From assembly GCA_963676795.2 (NCBI GenBank), contig CAXXTB010000002.1, positions 1,824,001 through 1,888,000 of the forward strand: a stretch of DNA of 64,000 nucleotides, written 5' to 3'. Below the pieces are notes generated by a model. It had not been told where the DNA came from and did no database searches. It was given only the letters and a program-made list of their open reading frames with translations. The DNA is from Geopsychrobacteraceae bacterium (lineage in GTDB: Bacteria; Desulfobacterota; Desulfuromonadia; Desulfuromonadales; Geopsychrobacteraceae). This document shows positions 28,827 to 41,758 of the stretch, one piece after another (position 1 is the first letter of the stretch; each line of letters starts with the position of its first letter). Made by a program: the position numbers and the translations under genes.

Positions 28827-31256
28827 CTAAACCGCAAAATACTTGGCCTGAGGATGATGTGAAACAATAGCCGAGGTGGTCATTTCCGGCACCATCTCGA
28901 ACGACTCCGTCAGGGTAACCCCGATCTCTTCCGGCTTCAGCAGCTCGAAGACCGGCAGATGAGCACCGAGATCCGGACAGGACGGATAACCGAAACCGAA
29001 GCGTGAACCCTGGTAGCCCTGGGCAACATAGGCCTGCATGTCGACCTGCCCCTCCTGAATGCCCATCTCGACACGCATCACTTCGTGCCAATACTCAGCC
29101 AGGGCGTCTGTCAGCTCGACCCCGAGGCCGTGCAGCATCAGGTAGTCGTGATAACTGTCGTTGGCGTACAGCTCCTGGGTGATCTGCGCCAGTTTGTCAC
29201 CGATGGTGACGACAAAGAAGCCGACCTTGTCGCGCCCCTCTTCGACATTGCGGAAATAATCGGAGATACAGAGGAACGGTGCCTGCCCCTGGCGCGGAAA
29301 GCTGAAACTCCTGTCGCCATCTTCAGCAACGACGATCAGCTCATCCTCCCTGCTGAAGCAGTCGAAATAACCATAGACAACCTGAGGTTGTAACCAGCCT
29401 TCTTCCAGGGCCTGCTTTTTGAGACGTTCAAACAACGGCACAACAGTATTCGCATTCAGCTCTTCATACTCGTCCTTCGACATCTTACCGCGTCGATAAC
29501 CCCAGCGACCGCGGAACAGCGCCGCTTCGTTGAGATAGTTGAAAAGGATCTGCGGATCGATATCCCTGACCAACTTGCGTCCGACGAAAGGAACCGCTGG
29601 CGGCTGATGGCTGCGATCCAGCCCTTCGACCTTGGGACCGGGCTTGTTACTGACGACACTGGTGGCTTCCCAGCTGGTCGCCTGCAGCTTGCCCTCTTCA
29701 AATTCACGAATCGCCTTGAGTCCGGCAAAGGCATCGGCACAGTAGACAACCGGCGCCCCATAGTTCGGCACGCAATCCAGAGCGACAAACTTGCGGGTCA
29801 GCGCTGCCCCGCCGAGCAGGATCGGCTGACTGAGACCCGCCGCTTCAAACTGACTCATATTCTCTTTCATCAACAGCGCCGACTTGACCAGCAGACCGGA
29901 CAGACCGATGACATCCGGCTTGAGTTCGCTGGCCTTGGCGATGATCTCCTCGGCCGGGACTTTGATGCCGATATTGTAAACCTTGTAGCCGTTGTTACTG
30001 AGGATGATATCGACCAGATTTTTACCGATATCGTGGACATCGCCGGCCACAGTCGCCAGCAGGATGGTCGTCTGCCCATCATCTTCGAGCTTTTCCATAT
30101 AGGGCTCGAGCAGGGCAACGCTCTGTTTCATGACTTCCGCCGACTGCAGAACGAACGGCAGCAGCAGGTCTCCACGGCCGAACAGCTCCCCGACTTCACG
30201 CATCGCCGGCACCAGCAGCCCGTTGATGATATCGAGCGGCTGCCAGCGGCCACGCAGGGTGGTCAGCAGATCCTCAAGGCCATCCTTGTCCCCCTTGAGA
30301 ATCTTCTGGCGCAACTCCTCCTCCGGACGCACTGAGGTCTGATTCTGGTCGTCATCACTATCGACCGCCTGCTCGAAGTGGTCAATGAATGTCATCAGCG
30401 CGTCGTCGCTCTTGTTGTAGAGCAGATCAAGACAGATGGTCCGGTCCTCTTCGCTGATCGCGGCATAGGGGAGAACCTTGGCCGCATCGACAATCGCCGT
30501 ATTTAAGCCCAGCTGGACAGCTTCATGGAGGAAGATCGAGTTGAGGACCTTGCGCGCCGCCGGTCTCAGGCCAAAGCTGATGTTACTGACGCCGAGGGTG
30601 AAGCCGACGCCCGGCAGCTCCTGTCTGACCTGACGGATCGCATTGAGGGTTTCGATCGCCGCATCGCGCATACTCTCGTCACCGGAACCGACGGTAAAGG
30701 TCAGCAGATCGAAGAGAATATCCTGCGACCGCAGGCCAAATTTGTTGACTGCCAGATCGTGAATCTGTTTGGCGATCGCCACCTTGCGCTCACAGGTCAG
30801 AGCCATGCCGTCGGTATCGATGGTCAGGGCGACAACAGCCGCGCCGTACTTCTTGGCCAGGGTGCAGACCTGGGCCAGGTTATCACCGCCATCCTCCAGG
30901 TTGATCGAGTTGATAATCGCCCGACCGGGGTAGAGCGGAAGCACCTGGGCCAGGGTGTCCGGGCTGGTCGAGTCGAACATCAACGGCGCCTTGCACGACC
31001 CGGCAAACAGTTTGGCCAGGGTGATCATGTCGGACACTTCATCACGACCGGCGTAGGCGACACAGAGATCGATCACCTGGGCGCCGCGCGCTTCCTGCTC
31101 AATAGCGATTTTGAGACAGGCATCCCAGTCCTCGGCGAGCAGCGCTTCACGGAACGCTTTGGAACCGTTCGGGTTGCAGCGTTCACCGATCAACAGCGGC
31201 GGGATTTCCTGATTTAGTTCGACAGACTGATAGAGACTTGCGACAGAAGGCTTCAT
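28827..31256 (-). CDS. metH: B12-dependent methionine synthase, C-terminal part (pterin-binding, cap, B12-binding and activation domains)
   Basis: IGERCN..GS, NSINLE, GVSNISFG, GDVHDIGKN, SGLL, GGAA, RFGFGYPSCPDL, HHPQAKYF. Start MKPSV with GGAGG RBS. Confidence 0.92.
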   Translation of the reverse strand: MKPSVASLYQSVELNQEIPPLLIGERCNPNGSKAFREALLAEDWDACLKIAIEQEARGAQVIDLCVAYAGRDEVSDMITLAKLFAGSCKAPLMFDSTSPDTLAQVLPLYPGRAIINSINLEDGGDNLAQVCTLAKKYGAAVVALTIDTDGMALTCERKVAIAKQIHDLAVNKFGLRSQDILFDLLTFTVGSGDESMRDAAIETLNAIRQVRQELPGVGFTLGVSNISFGLRPAARKVLNSIFLHEAVQLGLNTAIVDAAKVLPYAAISEEDRTICLDLLYNKSDDALMTFIDHFEQAVDSDDDQNQTSVRPEEELRQKILKGDKDGLEDLLTTLRGRWQPLDIINGLLVPAMREVGELFGRGDLLLPFVLQSAEVMKQSVALLEPYMEKLEDDGQTTILLATVAGDVHDIGKNLVDIILSNNGYKVYNIGIKVPAEEIIAKASELKPDVIGLSGLLVKSALLMKENMSQFEAAGLSQPILLGGAALTRKFVALDCVPNYGAPVVYCADAFAGLKAIREFEEGKLQATSWEATSVVSNKPGPKVEGLDRSHQPPAVPFVGRKLVRDIDPQILFNYLNEAALFRGRWGYRRGKMSKDEYEELNANTVVPLFERLKKQALEEGWLQPQVVYGYFDCFSREDELIVVAEDGDRSFSFPRQGQAPFLCISDYFRNVEEGRDKVGFFVVTIGDKLAQITQELYANDSYHDYLMLHGLGVELTDALAEYWHEVMRVEMGIQEGQVDMQAYVAQGYQGSRFGFGYPSCPDLGAHLPVFELLKPEEIGVTLTESFEMVPEMTTSAIVSHHPQAKYFAV

Positions 31257-32176
31257 GCCGACACCTCCCGTTTCCCCGGCACAACGCCGGCCAGACGTTT
31301 CGACAGTGCGGCGATATGGGCCGGGCTGGTCCCGCAGCAACCGCCGACAATGCTGACCCCCAGTTTGGTGACAAAGTTATACATCTGTTCTGCGTAATCC
31401 TCAGGGCTTAACGGATAATGGGTCTTGCCGTCGACAACCTCGGGCAGCCCCTGGTTGGGAATGACGGAGATCCGTTTGGGCCAGTGCTGGCTCAGGTAGG
31501 TGACGTGCGACATCATGTCCTTCGGACCTGTCGCACAGTTCAGACCAAGGGAAAAGAGCGGAAAAGGTTCCAGGGTCGCAACAACGGCAGCGATGTCGGA
31601 ACCGACGAGCATGGTCCCCTGCTGCTCGATCGTCACCGAAGAGAGGACCGGGATATCCTTGCCGGCTGTCTGCAGAACATCAAAAACCTCGACCAGCGCC
31701 GTCTTGACCTGAAGCAGGTCCTGACAGGTCTCAACCATGAAACAGTCGACCCCGGCCTCAAGCAGGGCGATCACCTGTTCACGGGTCGATGCCGCCAGCT
31801 CCTTGACCTCGATATGATCCAGCGAGGGCAGCTTCGTCCCCGGCCCGATCGAACCGGCGATGTATCTGCCACTTCTGCCGGCGATCGCCTTGCGCGCGTT
31901 TTCAACTGCAGCGAAGTTGATTTCTCGGACCTTGTCCTGCAAACCGTATTCGGCGAGAACGACACTAGAAGCACCGAAAGAATCGGTTTCGATCACCATG
32001 GCACCGGCATCGAGCATCGACTCATGCAGGCGGATGATATGCTGAGGTGCCGAGAGGTTGAGGATCTCGTTGCAGCCTTCGCAACCGGCCCAATCCTGCT
32101 CAGTGATGTCCATTGTCTGCAGATTTGTCCCGCATGCCCCATCAAAGATAAGCAGCGGATTTTCGCTAAAACTCAT
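31253..32176 (-). CDS. Methionine synthase N-terminal homocysteine S-methyltransferase domain (separate gene)
   Basis: DGACGT, GSIGP, ETCQD, GLNCATGP, PNQGLP, GGCCGT; ATGA overlap with the downstream part. Confidence 0.92.
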   Translation of the reverse strand: MSFSENPLLIFDGACGTNLQTMDITEQDWAGCEGCNEILNLSAPQHIIRLHESMLDAGAMVIETDSFGASSVVLAEYGLQDKVREINFAAVENARKAIAGRSGRYIAGSIGPGTKLPSLDHIEVKELAASTREQVIALLEAGVDCFMVETCQDLLQVKTALVEVFDVLQTAGKDIPVLSSVTIEQQGTMLVGSDIAAVVATLEPFPLFSLGLNCATGPKDMMSHVTYLSQHWPKRISVIPNQGLPEVVDGKTHYPLSPEDYAEQMYNFVTKLGVSIVGGCCGTSPAHIAALSKRLAGVVPGKREVSA

Positions 32177-32398
32177 GTGCTAACCCTGACTGAAAAAAAT
32201 CTGTGAGTAAAACCAGAACCGGCAACAGACTTGCACCAGGAGTGCCGAGCCAGCCACCGATTCAGGCATAACAAAACCATAGAACTCGACACGATAGAAC
32301 AGTATGGCCGGAACTGTCCAGTATATATGGATAAAAACAATTTTGACCAATCAAAAGAATTTGCTAGAATCCGTTCATGAACAACTCAAGGGGCATTT

Positions 32399-33571
32399 AT
32401 GTATCTGCACAACTCTTCAACATTTTCCCGTAAAAAACTTCGCATCGGCGAGTTCCTGATCAATGGCAAGCTGATCGATCAACGCCAGCTCGACGAAGCC
32501 ATCGAATACCAGTGCATCTATGGCGGCAAGCTTGGCACCTGCCTTGTTGAGCTCGGCTTCATTGACGAATGGCAGTTCGCCAAAACCCTGAGCAAATACC
32601 ACAACCTCGACTACGTTGAACCCCATGAGCTGATGAATGTCCCGCAACAGATCATCGATCTGCTGCCGGCTGAGGTTGCCGTCAAATACCAGGCCGTCCC
32701 CTACCGGGTTGACAAAAGCCGTCTGTTCATTGCCATCAGCGAGTCGACCAATCAGCAGGTGATCGATGCCCTGACCAGAGCCACACGCCACACTGTCATT
32801 CCGATGGCGATGCCGGAAATCAGGATCAAGCTGGCGCTGAAGAAATATTACGCCATGCCCCTCCCTTCGCGCTTTGAGTCACTGGCGGCGCGCATCGACA
32901 AGCACCAGTTCCTTTCAGGTAAGGCGGGCGTACAGAAGCAGACAAGTCCCTCTCCCTCGCCGGTCCAGCCGGAAACAGAAGAAAACGACAACCAGGTCGA
33001 TACGGCATCCTGGCCCATGCTCGGCGACCAGGAGAACCCCGGGGAAATCGAAGAGCTTCTCCCGGCATCCTACCAGGCCGACCAGCCCGCCAGACCGATG
33101 GAGCGGGGCGAGTTCCTCAAGCGCCTGGCCAATATTCAAAGTCGGGAACAGATCGCCGAGATCCTGTTCAACTACCTGCGCCAGAATCCGGCCGTCAGTG
33201 CCCTGTGGGTCATCCGTGAACAGAAAATCATCGGTTGGAAAAACAGCCTGAACAGCAGTGGGTTCGAAGAACTGAGTTTTCCGCTCGACCACCAGTCATT
33301 GCTTGGGACGGCCGTCATCAGCGGTGAAAATCAGCTGGGCCCTCTCGACCAGATTACCGAGAACCGCCGCCTGGCCAACTATTTCACTGCGGCAGCCCCC
33401 CACGCCCTGGTCATCCCCCTGACCGTGCGTGATCGTATCGTCTGCGTCTTCTATGCCCAGGATGAACTGAACAAGCTGCAGACCGAGCAAAACAATCTGC
33501 TGACGATTGCCCGCAAAATGGAACTGGCCTTTAACCTGCTCATACTCAGAAACAAGATCATCGAAACCTGA
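32399..33571 (+). CDS. Stand-alone MshEN/T2SSE_N domain protein with C-terminal GAF-like region, no ATPase
   Basis: RIGEFLINGKLIDQRQLDEAIEYQ.....KLGTCLVELGFI tandem MshEN-like motifs; no Walker motifs. Confidence 0.75.
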   Translation: MYLHNSSTFSRKKLRIGEFLINGKLIDQRQLDEAIEYQCIYGGKLGTCLVELGFIDEWQFAKTLSKYHNLDYVEPHELMNVPQQIIDLLPAEVAVKYQAVPYRVDKSRLFIAISESTNQQVIDALTRATRHTVIPMAMPEIRIKLALKKYYAMPLPSRFESLAARIDKHQFLSGKAGVQKQTSPSPSPVQPETEENDNQVDTASWPMLGDQENPGEIEELLPASYQADQPARPMERGEFLKRLANIQSREQIAEILFNYLRQNPAVSALWVIREQKIIGWKNSLNSSGFEELSFPLDHQSLLGTAVISGENQLGPLDQITENRRLANYFTAAAPHALVIPLTVRDRIVCVFYAQDELNKLQTEQNNLLTIARKMELAFNLLILRNKIIET

Positions 33572-33572
33572 T

Positions 33573-34364
33573 ATGGACAAACAAACGGACCAACTGACAC
33601 CGGAACTTGTCACCCTGCTGCGCAAGAGCCAGACCGCCAGCCAGGAAGAGATCTTCCAGTTGCTGCTGTCGCCCCAGCAGACGGTACTGCAGACCCTGTT
33701 GAAAAATCCCCGGTTCAACGAAGACCACCTGCTGGCACTGCTGAAAAGACGCGATCTCAACGAAGAGTTTATCGAACAGATCTACAGACGGCAGAAAAGC
33801 TCGCCCAGTCATTGCACCCAACTCGCCATCGCCAGAAATCCGAGCTGCCCGTCACACCTACTGCGCACCCTGCTCCAGCAGCTGCGCCTGTTCGAACTGC
33901 TCGACATCTGCTTCATCCCGGGAGGTACGGCCGACCAGAAAATCGCCGCGGAGAGACTGATCATCCAGCGGCTGCCGACAACCCCGCTTGGCAACAAGAT
34001 CACCCTGGCCCGGCGCGGGACCTCCAACATCGTCGGCGAGATCATCAAAGAAGCACAGGCCCAACTGATGGACGCCTGTCTGACAAACCCCCACCTCAAG
34101 GAAGCCGCCATCTTTCAATACCTGCGTAGCAGCCGCGCCTGCGCCGAGGGAATTTCGATGATCGCCCGCCATGAGCGCTGGAAGATGCGTCCCAACCTGC
34201 GCCTCACCATCCTGAAAAACCGCAAAACACCTGAGATCTGGTACACCCTCTGGCTGCCCCAGCAGAACCTTGTCAACCTCAGGCAACTGCTCGGCCACTT
34301 TCGCCAGCATCCTTCACGCAAAAATCTTATCGAGAAAGAGCTGCTCAAGCGCGGCATCAGATAA
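33573..34364 (+). CDS. Hypothetical helical repeat protein (xxNP repeats)
   Basis: Repeated LLKNP/IARNP/CLTNP/ILKN units; starts 1 bp after the upstream stop. Confidence 0.6.
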   Translation: MDKQTDQLTPELVTLLRKSQTASQEEIFQLLLSPQQTVLQTLLKNPRFNEDHLLALLKRRDLNEEFIEQIYRRQKSSPSHCTQLAIARNPSCPSHLLRTLLQQLRLFELLDICFIPGGTADQKIAAERLIIQRLPTTPLGNKITLARRGTSNIVGEIIKEAQAQLMDACLTNPHLKEAAIFQYLRSSRACAEGISMIARHERWKMRPNLRLTILKNRKTPEIWYTLWLPQQNLVNLRQLLGHFRQHPSRKNLIEKELLKRGIR

Positions 34365-34530
34365 GCCGCCTGTCTGCAATAAAAACTCCCCACATTATTC
34401 TGATTACATGTTTCTTTTTTTTACATTTTTATATACAATCACTCATTAACATATTTAAATCATCGCTTTAAATGTAAACACTCCATCTTTACGAATGTTA
34501 CAGGTTGACCTCAATCAAGCTGGAGGAAGA

Positions 34531-36555
34531 ATGGCCCTGCCCTTCAAGATCAAAAAAATATTTCAGATCCTCGGCCTTGGCCTGCTTATCTGGCCGTTAT
34601 GCGCTCATGCTGAAAACAATGGGCTGCTCAACCTCGATCTGACCGACCTGATGCAGATCCAGATCACCTCGGCCGGCCGCAAGGAACAGAGCCTCTCCGA
34701 TGTCCCTGCAGCGGTCTACGTCATTACGGCTGAAGACATCGCAACTTCTGCCGCAACCTCACTGCCTGAATTACTGCGCATGGTACCCGGTCTGCAGGTC
34801 GCAAGAATCGGTTCAAGTAAATGGGCCGTGGCGTCAAGAGGCTTCAACGGGACCTTTTCTTCTGAACTGCTGGTTCAGATTGACGGCAGAAGCGTTTACA
34901 CCCCGGCCTTTTCCGGCGTTTACTGGGATATGCAGACGGTCATGCTGGAAGAGATCGAACGGATCGAGGTCATTCGCGGTCCCGGAGCGACCCTGTGGGG
35001 AGCCAATGCGGTCAATGGCATCATCAACATCATCACCAATGCCGCGTCTGACTCGACCGGCATCTACGCCAGTACAGCATCAGGAAACCTTGAGCAGGCC
35101 GCAGGTTCGCTGCGTTATGGGCAACAGTTCGGCACCAGTATTTATGGCAAGGGCTATTTTGAATTTCACAAACGCAGTGACTTTAGCTACGCACCGTCTG
35201 ACAAAGCTGAAATCAATGCTGAGAATGACGCAAATGACAGCTGGGAAATGCTCAATGGCGGATTCCGTTTCGATGGTGACATCAGCCTCAAGCAAAGCTG
35301 GACCCTGCAAGGCGATATCTATTCAGGCGAAGAAAACCAACAGACATATGCCTACTGGGATGAGACAGTTGCCGCTCAATCGCTGCGGGACGATGTCATT
35401 AAAGTCAATGGCTACAACATTCTGGGCCGCTGGCAACAGCATGTTTCAGAAACCGGCGAGTGGGCCCTGCAGGCCTACTACGACTATTCAGAACGCAAAG
35501 AGAGCTACATCGACCAGAGCTACAAGACCTTTGACATCGACCTGCAGCATCGCTTTCAGCTGTTTGACAGAAACGATATCGTCTGGGGACTGGGTTATCG
35601 CAATATCGAGGATGAATTCAACGGCAGCAATATCCTGACCATCGATCCGGCACGTGAAACCGTTGATCTCTACAGTGCCTTTGTCCAGGATGAAATCAGC
35701 CTGATCAGAGATAGGCTGCTGCTGACGCTCGGCACCAAGTACGAGCATAACGACTACACAGACGAAGAGTTGCAACCGAGCGTCCGGCTTCTCTGGAAAC
35801 CGACGAAAAACCAAAGTGTCTGGACCTCAGTTTCAAAAGCGGTCCGCACCCCGTCACGGTTTGAAACGGCCATTTCTGTAGTTATGTCACGCTACGAATT
35901 CCCTCCATTCGTCATCCCCGTCTACATGCAGGGCAACAACGAGTTCGGTTCCGAAAATGTCATCGCTTATGAAGCAGGTTATCGACTTGGACTGAATGAG
36001 AACTTCACTTTCGATCTGACTCTTTTCCACAATGAGTATAAAGACCTGCGTGAGTACTATTTCACCAGCACGGGATCTCAGGTCGACAACGGTGGCAAAG
36101 GATCCAGCAACGGCCTCGAAATGGCTTTCGAATGGAAGCCGACAGGCTGGCTCAAGACGGCGCTGAACTATAGCTACATCGACCTGGACATCACCTCAGA
36201 CTCAATTGCCCTCGACCCGAGGTACAGTACCAACGCCACGGTACTGTCATATTCAAGCCCCAAGCATCAGGTGTCGCTAAGAACAGGGATCTCTCTGCTC
36301 GAAAACCTGCAACTGAACCTGTTCGGTCGCTATGTTGACGAAATCAAACAGTCGAGCCCCTCTACGGCATCCGGAGTCGATGCCTACTTTGCCCTTGATG
36401 CCAGCATTCTCTGGCAGGTCAACGAGAACCTGAGCCTGAAGATCGCCGGACAGAACCTGACAGACCCGGAGCATCTGGAATTTGTCAACGAATACTTTAC
36501 CCAGCCGACTGAAGTCGGCCGCAGTGTCTACGCCCAGCTGAACTTTAAATACTGA
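34531..36555 (+). CDS. TonB-dependent receptor (plug plus beta-barrel)
   Basis: Signal peptide ending AHA, PAAVYVITAEDI, LVQIDGR, IERIEVIRGPGATLWGANAVNGIINIIT, NLTD..H.E, terminal aromatic residue; GGAGG RBS. Confidence 0.93.
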   Translation: MALPFKIKKIFQILGLGLLIWPLCAHAENNGLLNLDLTDLMQIQITSAGRKEQSLSDVPAAVYVITAEDIATSAATSLPELLRMVPGLQVARIGSSKWAVASRGFNGTFSSELLVQIDGRSVYTPAFSGVYWDMQTVMLEEIERIEVIRGPGATLWGANAVNGIINIITNAASDSTGIYASTASGNLEQAAGSLRYGQQFGTSIYGKGYFEFHKRSDFSYAPSDKAEINAENDANDSWEMLNGGFRFDGDISLKQSWTLQGDIYSGEENQQTYAYWDETVAAQSLRDDVIKVNGYNILGRWQQHVSETGEWALQAYYDYSERKESYIDQSYKTFDIDLQHRFQLFDRNDIVWGLGYRNIEDEFNGSNILTIDPARETVDLYSAFVQDEISLIRDRLLLTLGTKYEHNDYTDEELQPSVRLLWKPTKNQSVWTSVSKAVRTPSRFETAISVVMSRYEFPPFVIPVYMQGNNEFGSENVIAYEAGYRLGLNENFTFDLTLFHNEYKDLREYYFTSTGSQVDNGGKGSSNGLEMAFEWKPTGWLKTALNYSYIDLDITSDSIALDPRYSTNATVLSYSSPKHQVSLRTGISLLENLQLNLFGRYVDEIKQSSPSTASGVDAYFALDASILWQVNENLSLKIAGQNLTDPEHLEFVNEYFTQPTEVGRSVYAQLNFKY

Positions 36556-36588
36556 TTGCGGATTTAGAAGGATACGCGACACAAACTG

Positions 36589-37124
36589 ATGAAGAAAATT
36601 TTCATTTGCATAGTCCTGCTGGCACTGCTCGGATTTGCTCCGGCACACAGCAACAACCTTCCTGATATCAACCAGGTCAGGACGGCATACCTGTTCAATG
36701 TCGCCAAGTTCATCTCCTGGCCGGAGAACAGTTTCGACAATGACTCTGCCCCCCTGGTTATCGGCATTGTCGAACAGCCGGAACTGGCCGCATCCCTCTC
36801 AGTCCTGCAAGATAAGAAGATTCGTCAGCACCCGATAGAGATCAGGGACCTGTCGTCCCTGAATTCCGTCACGGGCTGCCACATCATCTATCTCAGTGAC
36901 CAGTCCCGGATAACGCCCGACAGCCTGTTTGACAAGGTCGGAAACAGGGCTATTCTGACAATAGGTGATGACAAATCTTTTGCCAGGGAGGGTGGTATTC
37001 TGCAATTTGTGACCATTCGCGGGCGCTTGCGATTTATCGTCAATCTTGATGTCGCCAAGAGGCAACAGATCAGCATCGATTCACAGCTTCTGGCCCTGGC
37101 CCTTGAAGTCATTGAGGTGAGAAA

Positions 37125-37128
<4 letters not shown>
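36589..37128 (+). CDS. YfiR/HmsC family periplasmic protein (DUF4154)
   Basis: Signal peptide, [24 protein letters not shown]...F...GG...F......RF.VN, SQLL.LA. Confidence 0.9.
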
Positions 37129-39917
<2,789 letters not shown>

Positions 39918-39948
39918 AATTCCTCAAAGAACAACAGGCGAGGAGCCG

Positions 39949-41718
39949 ATGACAGAGAACAATAGAAAAAAAGCACTGATCCTGATCGTTGACGATGATC
40001 TGGCAACGCGTCTGCTGATGCGCGCAAGCCTGGAAAAATCGGGATTTCAGGTCACTGAAGCGGAGAACGGCCTGGTAGCACTCGACGTCTACAAGCAGAT
40101 GTCGCCTGATGCCATCCTGATGGATGTCATGATGCCGAAACTCGATGGCTTCGACACCTGCCGGGAGATCCGCAAGATCAAGGGGGGCGAGCACATCCCG
40201 ATTCTCATGGTCACAGGGCTGGAGGATATCGAGGCCATTCACCGCTGCTACGATTCCGGAGCGACCGATTTCATTACCAAACCGATCAACTGGGCCATCC
40301 TGAATTACCGGGTCAAGTATATGCTGCGGGCCAGCACGGCCTTCAATGATGTTATTGACAAACAGCGGCAGATACAGGAACTGGCATTTTTCGATCACTT
40401 GACCGGACTGGCCAACCGTACCATGTTCAAGGAGACCCTGGAGAACGCCCTGAGCGATTGCGAAAAGACCGACCTGATGCTGGCCGTCATGTTCATGGAT
40501 CTCGACCGCTTCAAGACCATTAACGATACCCTCGGACATCATGTCGGCGACATGCTTCTCAAGCATGTCTCAGACCGGATCAGTTCCTGTGTCCGCGGTT
40601 CAGACGCCATCGGACGCTTCAATAATCGCCAGACCAGAAATTATATCTCCCGGCTCGGCGGTGACGAATTTACCATCATGGTTCCGGAGCTCAAGGATCC
40701 CGACAACGTGGCCCTGATAGCCAGACGGCTCAACGAGAGCCTCAGTGCCCCCTTTGTCATCGACGGCAGCGAACTTTTCATCTCAACCAGCATCGGTATC
40801 AGTATCTATCCGCTGGACGGGACAAATGCCGAAGATCTGATGAAGCACGCTGACCTTGCGATGTATCACGCCAAAGAACGGGGCAAAAACGGCTTTCAGT
40901 TTTACAAAAAGCAGCTGAACATCAAAGCGGTCGAACGGCTCGAATTTGAGAATGATGTCAGGAAAGCAGTACAGAACGAAGAATTTGTCCTGCACTTCCA
41001 ACCACAGATCGATATGCAGACGGGCCGCATTATCGCCGCCGAAGCACTCACCCGCTGGGTCCACCAGCAGCACGGCCCCATCTCTCCGGGCCAGTTCATT
41101 CCGGCGATTGAGGATCTCGGCCTGATCACCCTGTTCACCGACTGGGTGATCAGACAGGCCGGAAAACAACTGTCGGGATGGCGCGACAAGGGTGTCGAGC
41201 TGATTCGTATCGCCCTGAATGTCTCGAGCAAGCAGTTCATGCACCAGCAGATTCCGGATAAAATCTCGACACTGCTCGAACAGCACAAGCTTGACGGCGA
41301 TCTGATTGAACTTGAATTGACGGAGAGTGTTCTGGCCGAGCAGAATGCGGATACCCTTGCGATTCTCAGTTCACTCAAAGAGCTGGGGCTGGCCATCTCG
41401 GTCGATGATTTTGGTACCGGTTATTCGAGCCTGGTCTACCTGAAGAGCTTTCCTATCGACATCGTGAAAATAGACCGTTTCTTCGTGAAGGACATCCTGA
41501 CCAGCAAACAGGACTCGGCCATCGTCAAAGCCATTGTCGCACTGGCCCACAGTATGGAAATGAAAGTTATCGCCGAAGGAATCGAAGAGCTTGAGCAGTA
41601 CCGGTTACTCAGGGAGATCGGTTGCGATTACGGCCAGGGGTATCTGTTCAGCCCGGCGGTTCCGGCAGAGGTCCTGCAGGAGATGATCGTTCAGAAACAG
41701 ATTCTGGTGGACATTTAA
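39949..41718 (+). CDS. Response regulator with REC-GGDEF-EAL domains
   Basis: IVDDD, LMDVMMP, DHLTGLANR, RLGGDEF, EALTRW, DDFGTGYSSL, KIDR, QGY; AGGAG RBS. Confidence 0.93.
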   Translation: MTENNRKKALILIVDDDLATRLLMRASLEKSGFQVTEAENGLVALDVYKQMSPDAILMDVMMPKLDGFDTCREIRKIKGGEHIPILMVTGLEDIEAIHRCYDSGATDFITKPINWAILNYRVKYMLRASTAFNDVIDKQRQIQELAFFDHLTGLANRTMFKETLENALSDCEKTDLMLAVMFMDLDRFKTINDTLGHHVGDMLLKHVSDRISSCVRGSDAIGRFNNRQTRNYISRLGGDEFTIMVPELKDPDNVALIARRLNESLSAPFVIDGSELFISTSIGISIYPLDGTNAEDLMKHADLAMYHAKERGKNGFQFYKKQLNIKAVERLEFENDVRKAVQNEEFVLHFQPQIDMQTGRIIAAEALTRWVHQQHGPISPGQFIPAIEDLGLITLFTDWVIRQAGKQLSGWRDKGVELIRIALNVSSKQFMHQQIPDKISTLLEQHKLDGDLIELELTESVLAEQNADTLAILSSLKELGLAISVDDFGTGYSSLVYLKSFPIDIVKIDRFFVKDILTSKQDSAIVKAIVALAHSMEMKVIAEGIEELEQYRLLREIGCDYGQGYLFSPAVPAEVLQEMIVQKQILVDI

Positions 41719-41758
41719 TGGGTGCAAAATTGCCATCCTAGTGTAAAGTATTTTTAAT

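Noticed and set aside
28571..28870. 99-aa + strand ORF
   Set aside because: Antisense shadow of the rubredoxin and crosses the terminator
31256..31272. Possible 9-bp pairing between the candidate sRNA (ACACCUCUC) and the internal metH RBS (GGGAGGUGU)
   Set aside because: Short anti-SD matches arise by chance; not evidence without a genome-wide target search
32177..32300. SAM or SAH riboswitch upstream of metH
   Set aside because: Only short weak hairpins; no S-box core motifs or terminator seen
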